Shown: positions 24,181 to 35,980, counted from the stretch's first letter. The stretch: 64,000 nt of DNA from Lingula anatina (GCA_051362555.1 CM120640.1:8308001-8372000); one strand, 5' to 3'. Program-made: numbers and translations. Notes: generated by a model from the letters alone, not told the origin.

Positions 24181-26836
24181 TATACATGTTGCGGCTCATA
24201 TCAGTTGGGTTGCACAATGTAGTATTAAGTCTGATAATTCCTGGCTTTTTTTGCAATTCATGCTTGGCTTTAACATTGTTAATTATAGAGCCTGTCAATC
24301 CTCAATCATTCTTACCTCATTGGGGAGCATATAATCCAACCAGTGCCACTTGGAATTATCATTTACAAAAACCAGCACTACCATATGACCAGGTCTTTAC
24401 TCCCTGCTTTATCCTCTATAAGCTGGGTGCATAGTGAGGAGACAACAGGTACCATATGTATTATAATCTTTTGCATGACCCAGCCATTGGAGTCATACTC
24501 ATGACCTAGCTCCTGCACTATAGGCAAGCATATATTTTTAAGGGACCTGCTTTATTATGTAAAATCAGATAAGTTTTGACACTGGGTGTCGGACGTAACT
24601 TTAAGGGACCATTCCCACAGATATTTGGATCAGTCTTGTTTGTGTTGATTTTAACATTTAAATATTTATGTACAGTATATTATGGTTTCTATAATCTCTT
24701 TTTGTAAAAACAGCAGTGAAACTTGCATAACCTTTTATTTGAAATTATTTTTGAATCTGGAATAGCAGTTAGAAAATAAGAAATGTTTCATTGAATGCTT
24801 GGTAAGCCCCCCCCCTTCCCCCTCCCCTCCCAAGCAATTAAAAAAAAAAAAACTGGTACAGCAACCAAGCTACTGGGCCTGCTTGTGTTCAGTAGCAACT
24901 GAGTGAAAAAGTTAATGTTGAGCCCTGGGATGTATTATTTACTGATAACAACGCGAACCAAAATAACCAAATCTCACTGATTTTATTTTTCTTTAAATGA
25001 AAAGCGTAATTAACTATGACTTAAATAGATAAAAATATTATGTGAAATTCTAAAGGTTTTATTGCTTTGTTAAATTTTTATCTAATTATTTAATTAAATT
25101 TAATTTTACTAATTCCAGGTCCTCAAGTACCAGGGTGCAATTCCCTTTATGAAGACAAATATCCCCCAAACCAACTTACAGTAAGTGAAAACACATTTTG
25201 ATGAAATTAGTACACTTTCCAAGTTTTAATTCAGTTCTCCAAGGTGTCATTAGTTAATCTATTTGTATCTATTTACATACGTTACAATCACTGCTATTCT
25301 ATGGTACTGGCTATTTGGCTCATGTTATGTGTAGAAGTTAATCCTTATGGTTGTTTATTAGCTTTGACTGCTCAAATCCTATATTTGGACGAACTCTAAA
25401 CCCTTGGTCAAAACAGCGGACTCCAGGCGGATCGTCAGGAGGTGAAGCAGCAGCCATTGCTGCTGGGAGCTCTATTGTTGGGATGGGAAGTGATATTGGT
25501 AATGAATCTTTACTAGGCTAGCTGGAATATCTGTAATACAAATCTGTTCAAAAACCTAGTACAGCTGCCTTATTAATAGTAAATACCAATATGATCACCA
25601 TTCAAACAGAGTATAGTTTCATTTTTTTAAAAGAAACTCTATGTAGATGAAAAAAGATTTTCTGAATATTTAGCAATTTTTGATTAAGCAAAAATGACTG
25701 CATTTGACTACTGGTATATTGCTCGGGTGACAGTGTATTATCTCACACTTAAATATACAATTGCTATAAAAATTTCATATAATTTTCAGGTGGAAGCATC
25801 AGAATTCCAGCTCACTTCTGTGGAATATGTGGGATAAAGCCAACTGTGGGTAGAATAAGGTATTTTTGTAATAGAATCTGTCATAGAGTGTTATCTGAGC
25901 AGACATTTTGTTTTCACATTATGCTGTTAAAATGGTGTTTAATACAGATTTTGTTGGCTGCAAACAATTTTGTGTCAACCTTTATTCAACAATATATTTA
26001 ACTTGCCACAGTGTTTATGTGATATACATTTTTGCACATGCTTTCATATTTTCAGTAAAAAGGGACTTCATATGTTCAAAGGAGAAAATTTGTGTATGTA
26101 AAAACATTTTGCTTACATAAAATTCAACATACAGTAATGACATTGAAAAAAAGCAGATCCATTGGGGTGGTGGTGGTGGTGGTGGTGGTGGGGGGGGGGG
26201 GGGCAGTATGTGCATGTACAATCACAACCATACCCAAGTGCATCTAACACAACCAAGCACAATTATCACACTATGTGGAGCTGCATCTCCAACAATGGAG
26301 ATTGATACATTTAACATAAAATCAGAATTGTTGAAACAAAATAAGATTTTTAAAATAAAAAGTGTTTTAAATGAATTAAATTTCACTTATATGTCAAGTT
26401 AACTAATGGAAATTTAGTTACAGCAATAATTCATACCTGTTTTTTGGTGTTAGAAATTGTCTACATCTTTTGAAAAACAATTTAAATGTTTAAAATGGCT
26501 TTTGGTTAGCAGAGTGAAGTTTAACTTTTCACACTGGTTTCTTCCATGATTTATTGAATAAAGTGTGTTTAAACTTTTCACAGTGGCTGCATCCATGGGA
26601 CCGATGGGCAGAGATGTGGATAGCGTGGCAACCATGATGAAAGCCTTGCTAGTACCCTATATGTTTGAACTGGATCCAATGACCCCTCCATTAACTTTTA
26701 ATACAGAGGTAATGACAGCTTATTGTATAAGTAAAGAGAGGTTTGATATGGAGTAATATTGAGTTTCGAGGGCTGCCAATGTGACAGCAAGATATTGGAA
26801 ATGTTTTGGTTATTTAGGACCAACTTCTGTTAGGGT

Positions 26837-29800
26837 ATATATATATATGTTACATGTATTATTATGCTGATGTAGCTACTGACATTTGAAGGTATATATG
26901 CCGAGCAACAGCCGGGTGCGGCTCTTCTATCCTTTGATATTTCAATGTTTTTGTGTTTTGATTTGTGTTGCAGCTGATGTATGTACGAAGGAGCGAATGG
27001 TGAGTGAGTGTGATATCGATTATGAACTAACGAACGCATGCTATTTAATTCCAATAACCGGAGAATATTTATATTCTATATATACTAACGCAGCTATTAA
27101 GGTAATATCTTATCATTAACATCTGTAAATGTAATGGACAGCGAGTTGACTATTTTCACATTGAATTGTCAGGGCTTAAGAGATAGAGCCAAAAGGAAAG
27201 ATGTGTTTAGATACTTGAGAAACTTAAATCATAATATATACTGCATTCAAGATAGTCATTTCACGAAAGAAATGGAGAACGAAGTAAGAAATATGTGGGG
27301 CTTTGATTTTTTCTTCAGCTCTTATAAGTCAAATAATAGGGGAGTAGGTATACTGATAAATAATAATTTTGAATTTAAACCAATTAAAGAGAAACGAGAC
27401 GAAAATGGAAACTACATTCTACTCGAGGCACTAATAGAAAATAGGAAAGTTCTCATCTGTTCGGTATACGGCCCTAATACGGATAAACCTGAATTTTTTG
27501 ACTCCCTTTTTACCAATATAGAAACTTTTGAGTGTGAAAACATTATAATATGTGGAGATTTTAATCTGGTGCTAGATCCGGCCAAGGACTATCAAAACTA
27601 CAGACATGTAAATAACCCTAATGCCAGAAACAAACTTTTGGAAATGAAGGAGAGTTATAACCTCATTGATTCGTATAGACAGTTACATCCGAATATTAAT
27701 AAGTATACGTGGCGACGACGAACACCCTTTCAGCAAGCTCGACTAGACTACTTTTTAACCTCAGAAATCTTGTTACGTAGCACTAAATCGTGTTATATTA
27801 AGCCCGGCTATAGGACTGATCACTCGGCTGTAGTGCTGTCACTTACTTTTCACGCGTACGTTAAGGGTAGGGGCTTCTGGAAATTCAATAATTCCTTACT
27901 GCACGATATCACATATATCGAAGCAATTAGAAGTAAAATTATAGAGGTTAAAAAACAGTACGCTGCCCCTGTATATAATTTAAAAAACTTCCAAAATATA
28001 CCGGACAGAGAAATCCATTTTACGGTAAATGATCAGCTATTTTTTGAAACCCTTTTGATGGAAATTAGGGGTAAGACAATTTCGTATGCGTCTTACCAAA
28101 AAAAGAAAAAGTCAGAAATAGAAAAGAAGTTAGTTAAGGAAATTGAACTTTTAGAAAATATAACTTGCGAGGCCAATATTCAGACTTTAAGACAAAAGCA
28201 AAAAGAATTGGAGGAAGTACGAAAAGAAAAATTACAAGGCGCATTTATAAGATCTAGAGCTAAGTGGGTTGAGGAAGGCGAAAAACCAACTAAATATTTT
28301 TGTGGTCTAGAATCGAGAAATTTTACCAATAAACTGATTCCAAGAATTCAGCTAGACGATGGCACAATTATTGTTAACCAGGGGAAGATACTAGAAAATA
28401 CCAAAAAATTTTATGAAAATCTGTATGCATGCCGGGAGCATAACATAGAAGATGTTAACCTAGATAATGAGGTAACCCTTAACGATGTTTATAAACTCAG
28501 CAATCTGGAAGCTGCAGAATTGGAAGGGCCCATTACGGAGGCAGAAGCAGCACAAACATTATCTAAAATGAAATTGAACAAATCCCCGGGAACTGACGGC
28601 TTTTCAGTTGAATTTTATAAGGTATTTTGGAGACAACTAAGCTCTTTTGTTGTCAGGTCAATTAATTTTGCTTACGAAACTGGCCAGTTATCGGTGACGC
28701 AAAAACAAGGCATAATCACTTGCCTCCCGAAGGGAGATAAACCACGCCACTTTCTTAAAAACTGGCGCCCCATATTACTTCTCAATACTATATACAAGAT
28801 CGCCTCGGGTTCGATAGCTGCTAGGGTAAAACTAGTGTTAGATAAATTAATATATCCGGAACAAACCGGTTTCATGGCTGGCAGATATATCGGAGAGAAC
28901 ACGCGACTTATATACGATGCAATGCAGTATACTGAGGAAGAAAATATTCCTGGGTTACTGTTATTAATTGACTTTGAAAAGGCATTCGATTCCTTGTCTT
29001 GGTCATTCATTCAAAAGGTTCTGACCTTTTTTAACTTTGGTGATTCAGTCAGGAGATGGGTATCATTGTTCTACAATGACATCTCTGCTACAATAAATCA
29101 AGGGGGGAATATGTCGGAATTCTTTAAAATTAATAGAGGATGCCGTCAGGGGGATCCCCTCTCACCCTATCTCTTTATTCTATGCACCGAAATATTGGCG
29201 GCGTTTATAAGAAACAATGACAATATAAAGGGTATTAATATAGGTGCAAAAGAATTAAAAATTTCATTATATGCAGATGACACTACTCTTATACTTGACG
29301 GGAGTGAAAAGTCACTGAATGAATGTATGTTTGTCTTGGATAAATTTTCGAAGATCTCCGGTCTGCATATTAATCTCTCTAAAACTGAAGTTATATGGAT
29401 TGGGTCAAAGCGATACTCTAAAGATATCCTCTGCCCAAAATATAGATTAGATTGGGGAAAAACTAGTTTCAAAATGCTAGGGATAGAATTTGACGTAGAT
29501 TTAGGTAAGATAACGAAGCAAAATATGGAGACCAAATTAACTTCCATGAAAAAAATATTTAATCAGTGGAGAGTAAGAAATATAACACCAATTGGTAAAA
29601 TAACAGTAATAAAAACATTAGCCTTGCCGGTATTGAATCATATATTTATATCGCTCCCAAACCCAGAGGAAAAACAGATTAAAGAATTAGAAAAGTGTCT
29701 TTTTTCTTTTCTTTGGAATAATAAACCTGATAAAATTAAAAGAAATATCATTATAAGAGATTATAAAGCTGGGGGCTTGAGGATGGTAAGCGTGAGGCAT

Positions 29801-31050
29801 TTTATAAAATCGTTAAAAATTCCGTGGGTAAGAAGACTTATGTTCGAAAATAAAGAATGGAAAAATATTATATCTAAATATGTAGACACTGAAAAACTAA
29901 TCACATGTGGTACAGAATATATCTCAAAAATCTTGAAAAACATAAAAAATAGATTCTGGATTGATGCCTTAGCAGCCTGGAAAGAACTTTGTGGTACAAT
30001 AATGGCCAATAAAATCAAGGATTTTGGTAACATTCCACTCTTTCTAAATGAAAATATACTTATTGGAAATAAACCTGTCTTCTATACATCGTGGTACGAC
30101 AAAAACATTAGATTTGTTAATGATTTACTCCTGGACTCTGGAGAGTTCTATGACTTCACTGAGTTCAGGGACATCCACGGTATTGACACAAATTTTGTCG
30201 AATACCATGGAATTATCTCAGCCATAAAAGAATGGCTTGGTGGTATTCCTGAAAAATTAAGTAAAAATGCCACTCCTTTAATTCCTGATCATATATTGTT
30301 GCTGTCAGGTTGTTCAAAAGGCTCAAAGATTTATTATAAAACTTTAAGTAAAGTAGGTGTTCTTGAGATGTCAAAAGGTATGAATAAATGGAAGGAGTTG
30401 TTAAATTTGGAGGAAAATGAATGCCCGAAGATTTTCGAACTTCCTTTCACAATAACAAAAGATTCAAAGCTTCACTGGTTCCAATTTCGAATTAATCATA
30501 ATATCCTTACCACAAATTCACTGCTTTTCAAATATAAAATGGTCGATAGCAGTATATGTTCCCTTCGCAAAGGAGCTGAAGAAACAACTGAGCATTTATT
30601 CTGGAATTGTGCGGTTACCCAAAAATTATTGACCGATTTGGTAGAATATATATTATCTAATACTTAAGTTACTCTACCTGTCTCAAAAAGGAATTGCTTA
30701 GTCGGCTCTACGAGCCTCTCTCCAATTATTAATCTCATTATGTTGCAATTTAAATTTTATATTTATTTAAGAAGATGTTCACAGGGTAAACCAACATTAG
30801 GAGGTTTGATTTCATCGCTTAGATATCTGGTGAAAACAGATAAGTCAATCTGTCAGTACAATTCAAATATAATTAAGTTATTTTCAATTTGAAGATTAAG
30901 CGTACGACGATGTAATTAACTAAAAAGTGTTATATAGTATAACATCTCTTATGTGTGAGTGTGTGAGCGAGTGTCTGTTTGTTTGTATTTGTATTGTCAT
31001 GTTTTCTTGATGTATTGTGTCAATAAAAAAAAAAAAAAAAAAAAAAAAAA
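26837..31050 (+). mobile_element. L1-clade (Tx1-like) non-LTR retrotransposon, 5'-truncated (ORF2 only), with poly(A) tail and 15-bp TSD, in FAAH copy 1 intron 10
   Basis: TSD AACTTCTGTTAGGGT at 26822-26836 and 31051-31065; AATAAA merging into an A-tail at 31022-31052. The paralogous site in unit 2 is empty (single aacttctgatagggt at 46592-46606). Confidence 0.95.
27134..30667 (+). CDS. LINE ORF2: apurinic-type endonuclease + reverse transcriptase + C-terminal zinc knuckle (1177 aa, probably prematurely stopped)
   Basis: APE motifs TLNCQGL, YGPN, GDFN, RLDY and TDH; RT motifs KSPGTDG, NWRPI, DFEKAFD, GCRQGDPLSP and YADD; zinc-knuckle-like CSLR..ETTEHLFWNC. Confidence 0.95.
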   Translation: MDSELTIFTLNCQGLRDRAKRKDVFRYLRNLNHNIYCIQDSHFTKEMENEVRNMWGFDFFFSSYKSNNRGVGILINNNFEFKPIKEKRDENGNYILLEALIENRKVLICSVYGPNTDKPEFFDSLFTNIETFECENIIICGDFNLVLDPAKDYQNYRHVNNPNARNKLLEMKESYNLIDSYRQLHPNINKYTWRRRTPFQQARLDYFLTSEILLRSTKSCYIKPGYRTDHSAVVLSLTFHAYVKGRGFWKFNNSLLHDITYIEAIRSKIIEVKKQYAAPVYNLKNFQNIPDREIHFTVNDQLFFETLLMEIRGKTISYASYQKKKKSEIEKKLVKEIELLENITCEANIQTLRQKQKELEEVRKEKLQGAFIRSRAKWVEEGEKPTKYFCGLESRNFTNKLIPRIQLDDGTIIVNQGKILENTKKFYENLYACREHNIEDVNLDNEVTLNDVYKLSNLEAAELEGPITEAEAAQTLSKMKLNKSPGTDGFSVEFYKVFWRQLSSFVVRSINFAYETGQLSVTQKQGIITCLPKGDKPRHFLKNWRPILLLNTIYKIASGSIAARVKLVLDKLIYPEQTGFMAGRYIGENTRLIYDAMQYTEEENIPGLLLLIDFEKAFDSLSWSFIQKVLTFFNFGDSVRRWVSLFYNDISATINQGGNMSEFFKINRGCRQGDPLSPYLFILCTEILAAFIRNNDNIKGINIGAKELKISLYADDTTLILDGSEKSLNECMFVLDKFSKISGLHINLSKTEVIWIGSKRYSKDILCPKYRLDWGKTSFKMLGIEFDVDLGKITKQNMETKLTSMKKIFNQWRVRNITPIGKITVIKTLALPVLNHIFISLPNPEEKQIKELEKCLFSFLWNNKPDKIKRNIIIRDYKAGGLRMVSVRHFIKSLKIPWVRRLMFENKEWKNIISKYVDTEKLITCGTEYISKILKNIKNRFWIDALAAWKELCGTIMANKIKDFGNIPLFLNENILIGNKPVFYTSWYDKNIRFVNDLLLDSGEFYDFTEFRDIHGIDTNFVEYHGIISAIKEWLGGIPEKLSKNATPLIPDHILLLSGCSKGSKIYYKTLSKVGVLEMSKGMNKWKELLNLEENECPKIFELPFTITKDSKLHWFQFRINHNILTTNSLLFKYKMVDSSICSLRKGAEETTEHLFWNCAVTQKLLTDLVEYILSNT

Positions 31051-31080
31051 AACTTCTGTTAGGGTCTATATTTCAAGGTC

Positions 31081-31085
<5 letters not shown>

Positions 31086-31155
<70 letters not shown>
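31086..31155. repeat. (AT)n microsatellite, ~35 units
   Basis: Direct reading. The paralogous site at about 46623-46634 has only about 6 units. Confidence 0.9.
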
Positions 31156-31159
<4 letters not shown>

Positions 31160-33534
31160 AGAGTAAATAAGTAGCCTGTTTTGGGAAATTTGGAGTTTCA
31201 AAGACTGAATAAATCTTAATCTGGCCAAGAAAAACCTCTTATTTCTACTTTCGCGATTAGGACTATGAAAGTAACCGTCCACTGAAGATAGGCTTCTACT
31301 TGGAGGATGACTGGTCAGTGCCAATCCCAGCATGCAACAGAGCTGTTGAATTGGCAGTTGCTGCATTAAAGAGTCAGGGACATAAGGTTACAGAAAAAAT
31401 AGTTAAAATTTTTTTTACATAAAAGCATTAGAGTTTGAAGGTTGGAGATGGCATTATCATTTTTAACTGTAAACTTAAACTTCTTTGTAGAATTAGGCAT
31501 TAAATTTATTCTTAAGTTTGCCATAGAAATAATTTATATACATGTACTCAACATTCAGCAATTGTTTATTTCCATGGCAGGTGGTTCCATACAGTCCAAC
31601 CAGAGCACAGGAGATGTACTTGGACTACTATATGAGATTCTGCATGGCTGATGGGGGTCAGGAACTTCTAAAATCTCTGTAGGAGCCTTTTCAGTTGAAT
31701 AACAAACATATAGATAAATTTGTATCTAACCTCTACCAGGAAGAGGGTACATGTAATAGATGCATGTCACTCCTCATACAGTATCCAGAAATTGAAGGAA
31801 TTGGGGGGGGGGGGGGGGGGGGTTGATTTGCCATTTAAAAAACCCTCTCATTTAGACACCCACTTCTTACTGGATCTGCTTGTATTGTTTAGTGTGTTAC
31901 AAACAGTAAAAGACATATAATATGTCATATCAGAATATTTTGTCAGTTTGGTAATTAAATTATATTCAGTCTTAATAATGTTTCTTAATTGGTCACATTG
32001 TAAACATATCTGACTATTTCTGTTCAGAGAAGATGAACCCATATTTGACCCTACTATTAAAGGCCAAGTTTCAGTGCTAAAGCTACCAAAAATCTTACGT
32101 ACTACACTGGCAATACTACTGAAACCCATGGCAAGTGTTTATTACATTTCACTCACTTTATTTATACTAGTAAATTATTTGAAGTTAGTGTTTATCAATT
32201 TTGTGAATAGACAATAATGCCACTGTTACTTTGTGAACTTAACTGTTTAAAACAAGTGCTTTAATTTTTACTATTGTGTAAAATGCTTGTGAACAATCTT
32301 GCTATAAAGAGCTTTGCTGCCAACACTCCCCTTATTGGTCATTGTTTTACATTTAGTGGTTACATATATCACATCTCATTTTTCAGATGCCACTTCTTAG
32401 CAGAATGATTTTATGTCTAAATGGATTCAGGTATGGAATGTAAGGAAAGTGATATAGTGTGTGCTTACACATTTTTCTCTTCCATAATAAAAGGTAATAT
32501 ATTTGTTATTGAGGAATACATAAACATTTGATGACATCAGTTATTAATTCCTTCATGATAGATAATGATATATTTTTTAAAAAATGTTTATTTTTGCATA
32601 GGCATATGAAAAGGGAGGAGCATGTGCACTTCCCTTCTTTTGTTTTAAATAAAATTATATAAAACCCAAAGCTTTTGTTTTAAATAAAATTATATAAAAC
32701 CCAAAGCGTTTTTCCCTTCCATTTCCAAATTATATCACATTTACAAACAAAGTAAGCTACAGGTACCCTAATCGTACTGGTAGTATCTGTCTCAAACAAA
32801 TAAAATGATTTTCTGTCCAACAAAAATCCATTCAGTACGGCAAATTTTTCATAACTGCCAGTCCAAATGTCCGGCCATTCTGAAAAGTTTTCAGCATGTC
32901 TGTACTGGTATATTAATTACTTTGATCAATGAACACATACTTTTTGAAAATGATATGTTTGTCATTGCAGGTCGATCAAAGACATGAATGAGAAAAAAAT
33001 GTGACATCCAGGTAAAACTGGCAGTGAATTTGTCTGAAATTTTATCTGGTCCATGAATGATGACATGCTCGCTCACACACACACACACACACACACACAC
33101 ATGCACAGAGAGAGAGGGAGAAAGAGAGACAGAGTTTTTGTTTCGACAAAGTATAAATAAAATTGTTAAATATGGTTGGACATGTTTTCAACATTTTCTG
33201 CCTGCCAAAATTCCTCAGAGTGATTTGCATCAAATCTCACATAATGTGATAGTTTTGGGAATAGAACCTCATATTTAGAATTCTCCAGAGACCTAAATAG
33301 TTGTTTGCTTCTTCATCAGATACACATATAGAAGTTCCTAACAATTTTTGCCTTTTAAGGCCAATCATTGACATAACCTTAAATTATTTTAACTTGGTTG
33401 TAGGAGTGGCAGTTGAAGATTCTGCAGGATTGGGAGAGGCTTGGTCTAGATGCTGTTGTATGCCCAGTTGCTCCTTGTGTGGCTGTACTGAATGGCTACC
33501 CAGCAAAGTGCCTCGGTATGGATGTAAAATCTTG

Positions 33535-33791
33535 GGCTTCGTTCACATGCAATGTCTATTTTCTAAATTCTATTTTCTATTCGCACTATCTTATGATCAC
33601 GGTCTGTGCCCTGAATATCCGGCCGCGTAATTACTGGCAGCGCGAGCCAGTTACTTATAGTAACTTATAGTAACTGGCTCGCGCTGCCAGTAATTACGCG
33701 GGAGGATATTCAGGGCACAGACCGTGATCATAAGACATACCGCTAATAGAAAATAGAATTTAGAAAATAGACATTGCATGTGAATGAAGCC
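33535..33791. mobile_element. Near-perfect 257-bp palindromic MITE (PIF/Harbinger-like), private to FAAH copy 1
   Basis: GGCTTCGTTCACATGCAATG ... CATTGCATGTGAATGAAGCC with arms pairing almost to the centre. Flanked by TTG and TTA (imperfect 3-bp TSD). Absent at the paralogous site at about 48860. Confidence 0.85.
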
Positions 33792-34102
33792 TTAGATAAT
33801 TAAAACTTTTTTGTCCAAGATGCCAACAAATATACTACTACTTGTGATTACTAGCATTACATTTTATATAGCCACCATACTTTTTTTAATTTCTAAAGTA
33901 AATGTAATTATGTTGTTCCTTTCATTCAGGTGCTCTAATTAAGCTACACAGCATATTACAATTTAGCAGACTTTCCAGCTGGTGTAGTGCCAGTGACCAC
34001 AGTGACAGCAGAAGATGATCAAAATCTCAAGTCTTACTACAATTATGATGTTCTTTGGATGAGAAACGTGAAAATGGTAAATACCATTAGTTGATAGCTA
34101 AA

Positions 34103-34642
34103 ACCCCCGTCACACTTATTCGGAATCAGCAGGAATGAAGAAGAATGAGCCTGAACGAAGAATTTTTTTAATTCGCACCACATTCGAGGAAAAATTTCAA
34201 ATTGATGTGCATTCTTAGTATTCCAGAGGCATTCTTACAAAGCCGTAATATTTTATGACAATTTGAAATTCCCTCCCGAATATGGTATGAATTTAGTAAT
34301 TCCGGCTTGATCCCTACTGATTTCGAATAAGTTTGACGGGGGCTTTAAGTCATTTGTCAGTTCGAATATGCCTCTAATGTGATCAGAATGTTTCGAATGC
34401 TGTCGGAATGCTGTGAGAATATTTAGAATGCAGTCATAGTGCAGTTAGAATACTGTTCAAATGCCATTCGATAAATTTCCACTTGGAATGCACTTCGAAA
34501 GTTTTTGACATGACAAAAACATTCGGGATGCCACAAGAATGCACTCGGAATTTTTAGAATGCTCTTCGAATATCCAGGAGTGCACAAAGAATTGTCTTTC
34601 TGATGGCATTCTTGCTCATCCCGCCTCTAGTGTGACGGGGGT
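34103..34642. mobile_element. Harbinger-like MITE with one left and two right ends, private to FAAH copy 1
   Basis: Left end ACCCCCGTCACACT at 34103; complementary ends agtttgacgggggc (about 34330-34343) and agtgtgacgggggt (about 34629-34642). Interior is rich in GAAT/ATTC motifs. Absent at about 49165 in unit 2. Confidence 0.7.
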
Positions 34643-35269
34643 ATTACATACAATATATGCCTGCCAATGTACCTTTCCATTCAAATTGGCTGACATTTGT
34701 GGCCTTCCACATTTGTCTGAAATCACGTACATATATAATAGTATATATGTAATTGTTAACATTTCTTACATCGTCATTCACATAATGTTTGTAGTATTCG
34801 TAAATGCCTAATCCATTTACAAGGCCTGATATCTGTCACTTTTCCCATGTCACCAAATCTGATGTTTTGGTCTTTGTAGGGTTGTGTTGATGCCATTGGC
34901 CTTCCTGTTGGAGTGCAGTGTGTTACAAAGCCTTGGCATGAAGAGTTATGTTTGAGAGTTATGAAGGATGTAGAAAATGGACTGAAAAAAGATTAATCAG
35001 TCAGATGTTTTTGGTAAATATTATAGAAAACATCTGCTGCAGCAATGCAAGTGGGAAAAGACCCAGATCTGGGATTATTCATTATGAGGGACCAAACAAT
35101 CATAATCTTTGCTGACAAAAATTGAAATTTGAGAGAGAGACTGAGGACATGAAATTCATTCGTTTCAAGAAATTGTGTCACTTGCAGTTAAAAAAAAAAA
35201 AAAAAATAGGCGACGTATTAGCATATATTTGCATGGACTATCACAAAACGTAAACCTCTTTTTTTTCAC

Positions 35270-35980
35270 CAAAGTTAAGATGCTTTGCTTTCTTAAAATG
35301 CTGAATACAATTGCTTTTATTGCTTTCTTTGCTGAATACCTTTGGTTTCTGTGAAAGAGCCTGTTCTTGAAAAAAAATCTCCTAAATGCTTGAAAAAAAT
35401 GCTTAAAAATCATCATTATTACTATCTTATACATCTGAGGTTGAAAAGCAGTTAAGTTCATATTGCAAATTTTCTTTTGAGTCCTCAAGGAGAATAGTAT
35501 CATCTGCATACAGTATAATCATTATTTTCATAAATGTTTGTAGCTCAGATTTGATGTCATCCGATTCATTTGATAAGCCTGTAACATGTCTTTGCATTAA
35601 AAAAATTCGATGTCACTTCTAATGCTTAAAATAAAAAAGGGGATAGGTTTTTACCTTGTCACACTCTTATTCTGTACGGGAAGTATTCCAATAATTAACC
35701 ATTTAGTAAAAATTTAGATATGCAGTCATTATACATATTTGCAATTATGATGGTCAGACATTTTCTATTAACATAATAAATCATTAGTTTCCACCATAGA
35801 GCCCCATTCTTCGTATTTTATCAGAGCTATTATTTAGTGTTTTTGTATAGCATTTTTCTGCTCTTCTAAGTTTACTTTTGAAAACATTTGAAACATACAT
35901 TCATGTGTAATTTTTTTGCTCTTCTGCATTGTTTTTCAGCCTCCAAACAAATCTTTCTTTTTATTGTTAGGGATACCAGC
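35270..35980 (-). mobile_element. Old degraded LINE RT fragment, copy 2
   Basis: Paralog of 17890-18650, including the YADD-encoding atcatctgcata at about 35499-35510. Confidence 0.75.

Larger units (their letters stand above)
19815..34996 (+). pseudogene. FAAH: Fatty-acid amide hydrolase (FAAH1-like amidase signature), copy 1, probably pseudogenised
   Basis: 18 exons: 19815-20027, 20307-20420, 22655-22711, 22992-23081, 23817-23888, 25119-25180, 25362-25498, 25790-25859, 26056-26093, 26584-26708, 31261-31386, 31581-31678, 32028-32130, 32387-32430, 32971-33011, 33404-33515, 33930-34076, 34880-34996. Catalytic motifs [15 protein letters not shown] and [12 protein letters not shown] are intact. 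Exon 15 has A7 where copy 2 has A6 (TGA at 33002-33004), and exon 17 has a 4-bp insertion at about 33939-33942. Confidence 0.8.
17860..35189 (+). repeat. Tandem segmental duplication, unit 1
   Basis: Collinear with 35235-49730 from ggactatcacaaaacgtaaa (17860 and 35235) to cacttgcagtt (35189 and 49730), including all FAAH exons, introns and shared repeats. Confidence 0.95.

Noticed and set aside
24300-24532. Possible minus-strand SINE in FAAH intron 5 (and about 44050-44270)
   Set aside because: Resembles SINE-like sequence but is too degraded to define boxes or ends without a library search.
26886-27119. 77-aa ORF upstream of LINE ORF2 as a possible ORF1
   Set aside because: Non-ATG start, too short, and no coiled-coil, RRM or zinc-knuckle features; more likely inter-ORF spacer.
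30665-30667. Programmed readthrough or selenocysteine at the ORF2 stop
   Set aside because: The stop is TAA with no readthrough context; a nonsense mutation is simpler.
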